IMG/VR virus record: IMGVR_UViG_3300007169_000667
Coordinates: 26,421-90,420 of that record
Length of the DNA: 64,000 bases
Reading direction: 5' to 3' (one strand)
From: a virus
Taxonomy: Duplodnaviria; Caudoviricetes
Position 1 is the stretch's first letter, and the number at the start of each line of letters is the position of its first letter. A program made the translations under genes and the position numbers. The notes beneath the pieces are model-generated. The model had not been told where the DNA came from, searched no databases, and worked only from the letters and a program-made list of their open reading frames with translations. Shown here piece after piece: positions 40,001-48,570 of the stretch.

Positions 40001-41908
40001 ATGCTAACAGGAATATCATTTTTAAATGAAACTATACAATCTAATGCGAGAGCAGTAAATGGAGGAGGTATATCGGAAAGTTTAGATGAAGCAAACGCAT
40101 TATATTCTCGCTTAACAGGAGCTTCATTTGAGTTAGTACCTTCTTCTTTTGGGAGAGGAGTTCTTTACTCAGGAGCTCCAGGAGCAAATGGGGATTTAAC
40201 TTGGACTCGTGGAAGTGATGCGTTTAGAACCAATGCAAGTGGGTTGATTCAGCGAGTGCCGTGGAATTTGTTTCAGTATTCCGAGGATTTAAGCAATGCT
40301 TCAAATTGGTTTACTATATCTGCAACTGTAACCACTAACACTACAACTGCACCCAATGGGACATTGACTGCGGACAAGTTGACTGCAACTACAACAACAA
40401 GCACTCATATTTTACTACAACAACCTGCGGGGTCAGTCAGTGGTGCAACATCAACGGTATCTATTTACGCAAAATCAGCGGGATTGTCTAATATACAATT
40501 TCTGAACAATGCGGGTGGATTAGGAGTTGCTAACTTTAATTTATCTGCTGGGACTGCGGTTTTAGTCAATGGCGTTTCTGCAAGTATTGAAAATGTTGGC
40601 AACGGATGGTATAGATGTATTATGACATACACGCCAACAACTTCGGGGAATTACAATGTTCAAATAAGGTTGGCAGATAGTTCGGGCAATACAACATTTT
40701 TAGGAAATGGAACTGATGGCGTATTCATTTGGGGCGCACAACTTGTCGAAGGCACAACCGCACAAACATACCTACCAACAACCGACCGATTAAACTTTCC
40801 CCGTCTAAGTTATACCTACGGCAGTTGTCCGAGTGCGTTGTTAGAACCGCAGAGGACTAATTTGGTGTTGTATTCGGAGCAGTTTGATAATGCGAGTTGG
40901 GTAAAGGATAGTAGTGCAACGGTGACGGCAAACACAACAACTGCCCCCGATGGGAATACAACTGCCGACACCATCAATATTGCTGCCGTAGCAAATTCAC
41001 GAATAAATCAAGTAATAAATATTAACAATTCAACTACTTACACAATAAGTGGATATTTCAAAAATATAGCATTAGCATCGGGTCAAAATATAGCATTAAT
41101 CTATGGTAATACAAATTCCTTTGGTCCTCCGAATAATTTTACTGCAACTGCCTCTATTGATTTATTCAATGGAACTGCAACTTATTCACTTACGGGGACA
41201 TCGGGAACGGGGTTTTCGGGTAGTGCAAGTGGTTCAATTCAAAATGTTGGCAATGGTTGGTATAGAGTGACATTAACATTTACAACGGGAACTGCCGCTG
41301 CTACTGGTGGAGTATTTAGATTAATGAGTTTAGATGTCGTAAGTGCTAGGTCGTTTTATGCTTGGGGAATGCAGATGGAAGCAGGCGCATACCCCACCAC
41401 CTACATCCCAACTACATCAGCCACCGCCACCCGTGTTGCAGATTCTGCCGTTAAAACGGGGATTAGTTCTATCATAAATAGCCAACAAGGAACACTATAT
41501 GTAAATTGTAGGGCATTGTTTAATGGTGGAAGTTTTAGAGGCATTTCAATAAGCGATGGCACATATGCCAACCGAATCGCTATTGTTCAGTCATCAACTG
41601 CAAATACCTTGCTCATTGCTTTTGTAATTGGCAGTACATTCATTGTCAATCAATCAATATCTGGTTACACACAAACCAACCTTAACAAAGTTGCGGTAAG
41701 TTGGGGAAGTGGTACATTAAAAGTATTTATCAATGGAAGTTTGTCAAACACTTTTACATCAATTACAATGCCGTCATCAAATTTATTCACAAGAATTGGA
41801 TTTGATGCGGGTGCAAGTGGAAGTGAATTTGAAGGATTCATCCAACAAATGGCACTTTTCCCAACACCCCTTTCTGATACTGATTGTGCGGCTATCACGA
41901 GTTTATAA
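40001..41908 (+). CDS. Fibre/spike protein paralog 3
   Basis: TRGSDA, VGNGWYR (twice), CPSALLEPQRTN, GAYPTTYIPT; codon usage differs from neighbours. Confidence 0.65.
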   Translation: MLTGISFLNETIQSNARAVNGGGISESLDEANALYSRLTGASFELVPSSFGRGVLYSGAPGANGDLTWTRGSDAFRTNASGLIQRVPWNLFQYSEDLSNASNWFTISATVTTNTTTAPNGTLTADKLTATTTTSTHILLQQPAGSVSGATSTVSIYAKSAGLSNIQFLNNAGGLGVANFNLSAGTAVLVNGVSASIENVGNGWYRCIMTYTPTTSGNYNVQIRLADSSGNTTFLGNGTDGVFIWGAQLVEGTTAQTYLPTTDRLNFPRLSYTYGSCPSALLEPQRTNLVLYSEQFDNASWVKDSSATVTANTTTAPDGNTTADTINIAAVANSRINQVININNSTTYTISGYFKNIALASGQNIALIYGNTNSFGPPNNFTATASIDLFNGTATYSLTGTSGTGFSGSASGSIQNVGNGWYRVTLTFTTGTAAATGGVFRLMSLDVVSARSFYAWGMQMEAGAYPTTYIPTTSATATRVADSAVKTGISSIINSQQGTLYVNCRALFNGGSFRGISISDGTYANRIAIVQSSTANTLLIAFVIGSTFIVNQSISGYTQTNLNKVAVSWGSGTLKVFINGSLSNTFTSITMPSSNLFTRIGFDAGASGSEFEGFIQQMALFPTPLSDTDCAAITSL

Positions 41909-42646
41909 ATGGCAGTAGTATACGCACATATGAAAAAAGATAGTAGAGAAATCTACTACATTGGCATCGGAAACAATGTTAAAAGAGCGTATCACACCGG
42001 ATGTAGAAGTGAATTATGGAAAAGACACTATAGAAAATACGGCTTAATTGTGGACATACTTTGCAGTGATATCGACATTTCTACAGCCAAGGAAGTAGAG
42101 AAGTTTCTTATTGCACAATACGGAAAGAAACAACTGTGCAATAGAACTGATGGCGGTGAAGGATTCTTTGGGGGTAAACACACGGAAGAGACAAAACAAA
42201 AGATTAGTGAAATGAAAAGAGGTAGGAAACCAAACAAGGAAACACTAATCAAAATGTCAATAGCATCTAAAGGACACAATAGAAGACCAGTGGGTTCTTG
42301 GAGTCAAAGTGAGGAGGCAAAACGTAAAATAGGAGAGGCTTTTAAAGGAAAGAAAAGAAGTGAATACTTTTGTCAAAGAGCAAAGGAAGGTAAAACTGGA
42401 TACAAACCAGCAAAATCTACAATATATGCCGCAGCTAAAGTAAGGAAAGAGAAAGCCTGCTTAATACAGGAAATAACTACAGGGTTTACAGGTAAGCCTT
42501 GGGAAGTTTGTGATAAATTCAACATAGACAGAAGCGAGCTGTACAAAAAATGTAAAACTAATAAACCGTATATGTCTGGAAGAAACAAGGGATTATGCTT
42601 TAAGAAAATAAACCAAACTAGATTAACTTTAACAAAATTAAACTAA
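41909..42646 (+). CDS. Free-standing GIY-YIG homing endonuclease with NUMOD3 repeats
   Basis: VVYAH...YYIGIG...R; E and N catalytic positions (KEVEKFLI, LCNRTDGGEG); KHTEETKQKIS and SEEAKRKIG NUMOD3 motifs. Confidence 0.85.
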   Translation: MAVVYAHMKKDSREIYYIGIGNNVKRAYHTGCRSELWKRHYRKYGLIVDILCSDIDISTAKEVEKFLIAQYGKKQLCNRTDGGEGFFGGKHTEETKQKISEMKRGRKPNKETLIKMSIASKGHNRRPVGSWSQSEEAKRKIGEAFKGKKRSEYFCQRAKEGKTGYKPAKSTIYAAAKVRKEKACLIQEITTGFTGKPWEVCDKFNIDRSELYKKCKTNKPYMSGRNKGLCFKKINQTRLTLTKLN

Positions 42647-42674
42647 CTTAAACTAAATTTAAATATATTTGAAT

Positions 42675-43049
42675 ATGGAATACTTAAAATATGAATTTGC
42701 AGATCAAGCAGCTTGGTCAAAAAAGAAAGCAACTATCTGGGCAGAAGAGTCTGGATACAACAACTGTCACGTAGTAGAGTTAGGAGATATTGTTTTAACT
42801 CCTGCTACTTACGATGAAGAAGGTAATGTACTTACTCCTGCTGTTACTGCAGGTAAGTTTGGTGTAGACATCGTATGGAACGAAAGCGAAGATTCTGCTT
42901 TTACTAGTTTCCAAGTATGGCCTGCTCCATGTGGTGTACATACCTTTGCAGGATTAGAGTCTTTGTACGAAGCAGCATACTATGCAAAGTTTCCTGATCG
43001 TAAGCCAGTTATTGATGCTCCAGTTGAACCTACGCCAACTGCAGAATAA
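42675..43049 (+). CDS. Hypothetical protein, possibly a fibre assembly/chaperone protein
   Basis: ATG at 42675 preferred to the TTG in the track; TPATYDEEGNVLTPA and WPAPCGVHTFAG motifs. Confidence 0.45.
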   Translation: MEYLKYEFADQAAWSKKKATIWAEESGYNNCHVVELGDIVLTPATYDEEGNVLTPAVTAGKFGVDIVWNESEDSAFTSFQVWPAPCGVHTFAGLESLYEAAYYAKFPDRKPVIDAPVEPTPTAE

Positions 43050-43066
43050 CATTAAAGATTAATTTA

Positions 43067-43165
43067 AGTCAGGCAATTGGGTTACAATTAATATCTTAGA
43101 ACCATTGACTAATTTTTTTATAAAACTATCTTTGTACAAATAAGACTGGGCTTGGTTGCCTGACT
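43067..43165. repeat. 10-bp perfect inverted repeat bracketing the holin promoter
   Basis: AGTCAGGCAA (43067-43076) and TTGCCTGACT (43156-43165). Confidence 0.8.
43105..43134 (+). promoter_or_regulatory. Bacteroidota-type promoter of the lysis cassette
   Basis: TTG (43105-43107), 19 nt, TATCTTTG (43127-43134). Confidence 0.7.
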
Positions 43166-43173
43166 AATCTAAA

Positions 43174-43590
43174 ATGAAAACTTCCTTCTTCCTATATTCT
43201 ACTACTACTGTTTTGGCGTTTTTGGGGACTTACTTTTTTAACCTAGGGGCTGACAATGTAGAACAGTATTTGGCCTTGGTTGCTGTCGTTTTTATTGATG
43301 GATTCTTTGGAGTATGGGCAGGTACTAAAAAGGAAGGATTCCAAACTAGAAAAGCTCTTAAAGTTCTTAAGACACTTTTCTCTTGGGTGTTAATACTTAC
43401 GGGTGTTTTAATGATTGAAAAGGGATTTGAGGGCACATTCTGGCTAAGCGAAACTTTCTGTGCTCCCTTTATTGTATTTCAGATAGTGAGTGCTCTTAAA
43501 AACGCTCACACAGTGGGGGTAATAAACAATAGTGTATTGTCAGAGATCCTAAAAAGAATAGATCAGCATAAGTTTGACCACAATAAATGA
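43174..43590 (+). CDS. Holin (holin_4_1/TcdE-like)
   Basis: 138 aa with 3-4 TM helices; VFIDGFFGVW...K, SALKNAHTVG and charged C-terminus. Confidence 0.7.
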   Translation: MKTSFFLYSTTTVLAFLGTYFFNLGADNVEQYLALVAVVFIDGFFGVWAGTKKEGFQTRKALKVLKTLFSWVLILTGVLMIEKGFEGTFWLSETFCAPFIVFQIVSALKNAHTVGVINNSVLSEILKRIDQHKFDHNK

Positions 43591-43904
43591 AAGATTTCTC
43601 CGTTAAACTTAACTTTATCCTTGTACTTGTAATCGCTTACTTACTCTATAAATATGAGTACGTACAAGAACAAGATACCAATCAGGTAATTGCTTTTATA
43701 GATTCTATAGATAAAGCAAACGATACTTACTTTGAGAAGATAGACTCTTTAGAACATATTAAGCATGAAGAGTTTCACAACTACGAAAAAATCACCCTTA
43801 AATATGACACCATCCAGATTGCTATTGATACTATGCCTGACATTGATGGCACAAAATACCTACTCACAATCTCTAGACAGCTTACCGCTAAAGGAATTGA
43901 ATAA
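43587..43904 (+). CDS. Membrane-anchored coiled-coil protein, i-spanin-like
   Basis: N-terminal TM (LNFILVLVIAYLLY) with periplasmic helical tail; ATGA overlap with the holin. Confidence 0.45.
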   Translation: MKDFSVKLNFILVLVIAYLLYKYEYVQEQDTNQVIAFIDSIDKANDTYFEKIDSLEHIKHEEFHNYEKITLKYDTIQIAIDTMPDIDGTKYLLTISRQLTAKGIE

Positions 43905-44163
43905 CGAGTTCCTTAAGGGAATTCAAGCACGTGAGAGAGTAGTAAGTCTTAAAAAGATTATTAAGACAGACAGCATCCAATTAATTTACTATAAGGATTC
44001 GTTGATTCCTAACTACCAAAAAGCTTTAGATACAGCTAAAGTAGAGATAGTTCGCTTAGATACTAAAGTAAAATCTCAAGCAGAAACTATAAAAACTTTA
44101 AATAAAGTTTTGAAAGGTGGATTATTTGCTATAGTTTTGTTAACCATAGGATTGATTTTATAA
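43804..44163 (+). CDS. Overlapping secreted/membrane coiled-coil protein, spanin-like partner
   Basis: Likely start MTPSRLLLILCLTLMAQNTYSQ (signal peptide); C-terminal TM GGLFAIVLLTIGLIL; overlaps the upstream gene by about 100 nt. Confidence 0.45.
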   Translation: MTPSRLLLILCLTLMAQNTYSQSLDSLPLKELNNEFLKGIQARERVVSLKKIIKTDSIQLIYYKDSLIPNYQKALDTAKVEIVRLDTKVKSQAETIKTLNKVLKGGLFAIVLLTIGLIL

Positions 44164-44174
44164 TCCCTAAGCCT

Positions 44175-45497
44175 ATGATGCCAATATCTAAACAGATTAT
44201 CCAGCACTACATGGATAATCCAAACACAGACGAATCAGCCTTAGAGGTTGCTATTCGCTTCAACTATTATCCCCAAGATCCTAGTCAATTAAGAGCTAAA
44301 AGAGTCAGAGACTTAAAAAGAGCTGCTTTACTTAAAGTACAACTTAATCAGTCTTTGAATCCTAATAACCCTCAATCTACCCAAGTCTTAGGAAGTTACG
44401 ATGAAAACTTAGATAAAGGAACCCTTGAGGTTTCTAAACTAGTCTCTGAGCAGCCTAGATCTGCAGAAGAGATCATTAAGATTCATAAGATAGACACTAC
44501 AAAGTGGCGCTTAGTACAATACTGGAGTAAAGAAAAACAATCAGGTTGGCTAGTATCAGCACTCTTTGCTTCTGTTAAGCCTGAAGATCGTTTGCCCGAA
44601 GACATTAGAGATGTTCTAAGAGAGGTTTTCCTTGAGTCTAATCTTCCTGTATACCAAGCACCTAAAAAGTCGCCTATAACGTCTAAGAAAGCCTTATTCG
44701 TATACATGAGTGACAAACACGTAGGAGCGCTTACACATCCTAATGCTATTTTCTCAAATGAGTACAACGAAGATGTCTTCGAAGTAAGAATGATGAAAGT
44801 ATTGGAGGAGATAGAAAAACAAGTAAGAACCTACGGAAGACTAGAAGATCTTTTTATTTGTGATTTAGGAGACTCTTTAGATGGTTGGAGTGGTCAAACT
44901 ACTAGAGGAGGACATGCACTTCCTCAAAATATGAACAACAAGGAAGCCTTTATGACATACTTGTTTTCTCACAAAAGATTTTTTGATGCATTGGTAGAAA
45001 AGAATCTAGCTAATAACATTCATGCTATTATGCAGACAGAAGATAATCACAGCGGCTCATACGGGTATATTACTAACCAAGCACTTACACTTTACTTAAA
45101 CACAGCCTACCCATTTATCAATGTTAAGATAATGGAAAAGTTCCTAGAACACTTTGACTATGGAAAACATACATTTATTTTTACTCATGGAAAAGACTCT
45201 GAAGATCTTAAGCATGGTCTTCCCCTTTTCTTAAACGAGAAAGCAGAAAATTTCCTTAACAAGTACATAGACCACCACAAGTTAGGAGAGAATAAAAATA
45301 TCTCAGTGGTAAAAGGAGACCTACATACCGAGAGCATGCAACAGTCATACAAGTTTAGATATAGAAACGTATTGTCTATGTATGGATCATCTAAGTGGAT
45401 AATGAATAACTTTGGTCCAGGATATCCAGGAGTTTCTTTTGATTTAGTAGAAAAAGATACGGATTTAATATATTCGTTTTATATTCGCTTTAAGTAA
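44175..45497 (+). CDS. Calcineurin-like metallophosphoesterase with N-terminal helical domain
   Basis: SDKHVG, GDSLDG, DNHSG, HGK and GDLH metal-binding motifs. Confidence 0.75.
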   Translation: MMPISKQIIQHYMDNPNTDESALEVAIRFNYYPQDPSQLRAKRVRDLKRAALLKVQLNQSLNPNNPQSTQVLGSYDENLDKGTLEVSKLVSEQPRSAEEIIKIHKIDTTKWRLVQYWSKEKQSGWLVSALFASVKPEDRLPEDIRDVLREVFLESNLPVYQAPKKSPITSKKALFVYMSDKHVGALTHPNAIFSNEYNEDVFEVRMMKVLEEIEKQVRTYGRLEDLFICDLGDSLDGWSGQTTRGGHALPQNMNNKEAFMTYLFSHKRFFDALVEKNLANNIHAIMQTEDNHSGSYGYITNQALTLYLNTAYPFINVKIMEKFLEHFDYGKHTFIFTHGKDSEDLKHGLPLFLNEKAENFLNKYIDHHKLGENKNISVVKGDLHTESMQQSYKFRYRNVLSMYGSSKWIMNNFGPGYPGVSFDLVEKDTDLIYSFYIRFK

Positions 45498-45514
45498 AGT
45501 TAAATACAGTTAAG

Positions 45515-45745
45515 ATGATTACGTTAGCAGATATAGATAAATTAAAGAATAAGTTTTACTTAGACTCAGAGAAAGAGGGACATGCAACAAGAGCAAATAC
45601 AATAGTTCTTACAGAAGCCCAGTACGATGCTTTGCTTAGAGAGATGGGAATAGACGAGTTAGACGACATATATATAGAAAGCATAGAAGGACTACAAGTA
45701 GTCTTTGCAGAAGGATTAGAAGAACCTCGCTTACTTAGACTTTAA
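45515..45745 (+). CDS. Hypothetical protein, last + strand gene
   Basis: 76 aa acidic ORF with A-rich leader. Confidence 0.5.
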   Translation: MITLADIDKLKNKFYLDSEKEGHATRANTIVLTEAQYDALLREMGIDELDDIYIESIEGLQVVFAEGLEEPRLLRL

Positions 45746-47347
45746 TTAAAGTACGTTTACAATAATACCATTCTGTATATCAAAAGTCACAGGAGGTAGG
45801 GGAGCAGGTTGTTGTATAGTAACCATACCTGTATATCCTGCTACACTATTTAAAACTCCTGAATTAGAAACTACTGGTCCATCTGTAGTCAGTGAAGTTA
45901 CAGTCAGACTACTTTGTACTCTAGCAGTTCCATTTACATCAAGTTTGTATCCTGCATTACTAGTACCTCCTACAGTCATATTACCTGCAGGAATAGAAGT
46001 AAATGTAGTAGAAGAGTTTCCTATTACTGTGGTGTTTGATCCGAGACCCAAAGCGGTGTCCCCAATAATAATTGAGTATGAGTCATTAATTGTAGATAGT
46101 CTAGTATTTCTACCTATTGCTGTATTGTGAAATGCTGTAGTAACTTGAGTTGTTCCATCTGCTAAATAGCTCCCAGCATTTTCACCGATAAATGTATTTC
46201 TGTAGCCACTAGTTAAAAATCTACCTGTTTGTGATCCTACAATTGTATTTCCATAACCTATAGTAAGATTATATCCTGCTAAGTCTCCAAATAAAGAATT
46301 ACTATTTCCAGTTGTTAAACTACCTCCAGCAACTCCTACAATAACGTTAGCTTGTCCTGTTGTTATACTTTTACCTGCATCTGCTCCTATTAATACAGTT
46401 CTAATTGCTGAACCACTTGAGGCAATAATTGCATTCCCTGCATTTCGTCCTAAAGCAGTAAGGTTATTATCAATAACCATCCCTTGAACTCCACCTACAG
46501 TAAAGTAACGTGCAGTAGTGTTTACTTTATAATACTGAAGAGCTACTCCCGTCAAAGAAGCATCTGTTGCTGAGTCTGTATAGGTAGTTGTTACGTTATC
46601 GTTTATAGTAGCAAGAAATCTTTGAGCATCACTAGTTTGTCCTACTCTAGTTCTGTAAATTTTTCTAGCTGTTACACGAGGGTCACTAGATACAGGAATA
46701 CCTGTTAAGTTTACAGTTGTATTCCCCGTGGTCGTAGTAACCGTTAAAATACTACCTGCATTAGTTTCTCCTAAGGCTGTTACATAAGTTACAAAATAGT
46801 AGTAGGTGCCCACTCCTAAGTTAGTACCTGCTGAAAGAGTAAACCCTCCAATTACAGGAGGTGCAGCCAAAGGATTTATATTAAATGCTCCTTGTACTGA
46901 GACCGAACTAGTTTCAAGAGTTGTTCCTTGTACATCTAATCTATAACTAGGTGAAATAGTTCCTATGCCTACTCTTCCATTAACTGTGTCTGTAGAGATC
47001 AGATTGGTAGCCACTGTCAATCCACCAATAGTAATAGCATTTGTAGTTGTATTACCCGCTGTAGTGACTTGTGCTAAGGTAGGCGTAGGTAGACTTATGG
47101 AACTTACTAGTTTCCATGTACCATCATCTGCTAGGTATCTAGTACCTGCTCCAGTAGAGCCTGTCCCTAAGCGATTAGGATCAATAATTCCTATAGAAAT
47201 ATAGGAGGCATCAAACAATCTATAAGCAAAGGGACCTGTTCCTGATACAGGAGATGCTAAGAAATATCCTGCAGGCATTTGAGGAATACCTGTGGGATTT
47301 ATACTGTAAGCTTGTAACTCTGCAGAAGTCAGTGGATTATTAGGCAT
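45746..47347 (-). CDS. Fibre/receptor-binding-like protein on the replication strand
   Basis: 533 aa; YLADDGTWK, TLAQVTTAGNTTT, GRVGIGTISPSYRLDV, YFVTYVTALGET and NxxxG repeats typical of fibre proteins. Confidence 0.65.
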   Translation of the reverse strand: MPNNPLTSAELQAYSINPTGIPQMPAGYFLASPVSGTGPFAYRLFDASYISIGIIDPNRLGTGSTGAGTRYLADDGTWKLVSSISLPTPTLAQVTTAGNTTTNAITIGGLTVATNLISTDTVNGRVGIGTISPSYRLDVQGTTLETSSVSVQGAFNINPLAAPPVIGGFTLSAGTNLGVGTYYYFVTYVTALGETNAGSILTVTTTTGNTTVNLTGIPVSSDPRVTARKIYRTRVGQTSDAQRFLATINDNVTTTYTDSATDASLTGVALQYYKVNTTARYFTVGGVQGMVIDNNLTALGRNAGNAIIASSGSAIRTVLIGADAGKSITTGQANVIVGVAGGSLTTGNSNSLFGDLAGYNLTIGYGNTIVGSQTGRFLTSGYRNTFIGENAGSYLADGTTQVTTAFHNTAIGRNTRLSTINDSYSIIIGDTALGLGSNTTVIGNSSTTFTSIPAGNMTVGGTSNAGYKLDVNGTARVQSSLTVTSLTTDGPVVSNSGVLNSVAGYTGMVTIQQPAPLPPVTFDIQNGIIVNVL

Positions 47348-47361
47348 AGTAAGTAGTTATA

Positions 47362-47369
47362 CAAATATA
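47362..47369 (-). promoter_or_regulatory. -7 promoter element of the 533-aa gene
   Basis: TATATTTGTATAACT on the - strand, identical over 15 nt to the promoter at 9996. Confidence 0.6.
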
Positions 47370-47379
47370 ATATAATACA

Positions 47380-47415
47380 AAAAATAAGAAAGGGGAACTT
47401 CTCAGCTCCCCTTTC
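47380..47415 (-). terminator. Intrinsic terminator ending the GroES/dCMP deaminase operon
   Basis: GAAAGGGGAGCT-GAGA-AGTTCCCCTTTC then TTATTTTTT on the - strand. Confidence 0.8.
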
Positions 47416-47475
47416 CTAGTTGGTTGGTAAAAAACTAAACTAATTAACTAAAACTAAATAACTTTAAAACTATGA

Positions 47476-47799
47476 TTAGATCGCTTGTGGTCCTCCTGTA
47501 GCAGCTAAAAATGCAAGAATTTCTTCTTTTACTTTTAACTCTACTACGATTGGCTCACTTGTGATTTCAAATTTAGTGATTTTTACTGGAACTTTTTGCT
47601 TAGTTGCGGGATCAATCTTATACTGATAGTCTACAGGGTTAAGTTTATCTGCATTACCTTCTAAGACAACAGCTAAGCCGTCTGTTGTAGGGTAGGTCAT
47701 AAGAACTTTGTTGATGTTAAAAGAGTAACCTTTCTTAACAATCAACTCCATTTCTTCACCGTTCTCAATCTTTTCTTTTTCTGTGTAATAGAACAACAT
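47476..47799 (-). CDS. Hypothetical protein
   Basis: Likely start MLFYYTEK at 47799 after an A-rich leader. Confidence 0.5.
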   Translation of the reverse strand: MLFYYTEKEKIENGEEMELIVKKGYSFNINKVLMTYPTTDGLAVVLEGNADKLNPVDYQYKIDPATKQKVPVKITKFEITSEPIVVELKVKEEILAFLAATGGPQAI

Positions 47800-47818
47800 A
47801 TTTTTTAAATTATTAATC

Positions 47819-48100
47819 TTACCAAACAATAGCAATATCGCTATCTCTTACCATGATCTTTTCTTCTCCTTCTACTTCAACTAACTCTGCTGATTGAAGG
47901 TACATCAAATTTACATAAACAAAGTCTCCTACTTTTACGTTGGTTACTTCTTCTCCGAGTGCGTATACTTCTAAACGCTTAAGGTTAGCCAACTCTTTCA
48001 TATTCAACTCTTCTTCCATCTCTGGTGTCAGTTGAATGAGCCTTTCTTCTCTCATAGGACGATTGAGTAATACTCTGTGTCCTTTTACTGTGATTGCCAT
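47819..48100 (-). CDS. groES: Co-chaperonin GroES-like
   Basis: KGHRVLL...mobile loop...EVYALGEEVTNVKVGDFVYV...KIMVRDSDIAIVW. Confidence 0.8.
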   Translation of the reverse strand: MAITVKGHRVLLNRPMREERLIQLTPEMEEELNMKELANLKRLEVYALGEEVTNVKVGDFVYVNLMYLQSAELVEVEGEEKIMVRDSDIAIVW

Positions 48101-48123
48101 ATTTTATTTTATTTTATTTTACT

Positions 48124-48570
48124 TTATTTGTTTTCTACTTTAACTACTTCTAGACCTGCTTTCTTTAATAAATCTATCCCATTCATATCTCTATAGTCTT
48201 GAAGATATACAAATGTACTAATTCCACTCTGTATAATCAACTTAGCACAATGTACACAACATGCGTGAGTACAATATAAAGTAGAGTCTTGGGTAGAGAT
48301 AGGAGACTTACAGGCCTTAGTAATAGCATTAGATTCTGCATGTAGTACAGTATCTAACGTAACATTGTTTTGTTCACAGACATTAGGAAAGCCAGAAATT
48401 TGACCATTATATCCAAAAGAAATAATGTTACCGTCTTTAACTATTACTGCACCTACCTGTAACCTCTCACAGTAAGACTCTTCTGAGACTCTTGCGGCTA
48501 AGTCTAAGTATAAACAAACTTTTTGCTTAAGTAAGTAACTGTGAGAGGTTGGTATAGTGTAGGTGTTCAT
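48124..48570 (-). CDS. dCMP deaminase (ComEB-like)
   Basis: S.C.RLQVGAVIVKDGNIISFGYNG, HAESNAI, CCVHCAKLI. Confidence 0.9.
   Translation of the reverse strand: MNTYTIPTSHSYLLKQKVCLYLDLAARVSEESYCERLQVGAVIVKDGNIISFGYNGQISGFPNVCEQNNVTLDTVLHAESNAITKACKSPISTQDSTLYCTHACCVHCAKLIIQSGISTFVYLQDYRDMNGIDLLKKAGLEVVKVENK

Noticed and set aside
34717-41908. Diversity-generating retroelement (TR/VR) among the fibre paralogs
   Set aside because: No reverse transcriptase in the window; paralog differences are not confined to adenines; no near-identical non-coding template repeat.
45746-47415. Invertible fibre cassette (shufflon)
   Set aside because: I found no flanking inverted repeats and no recombinase in the window.
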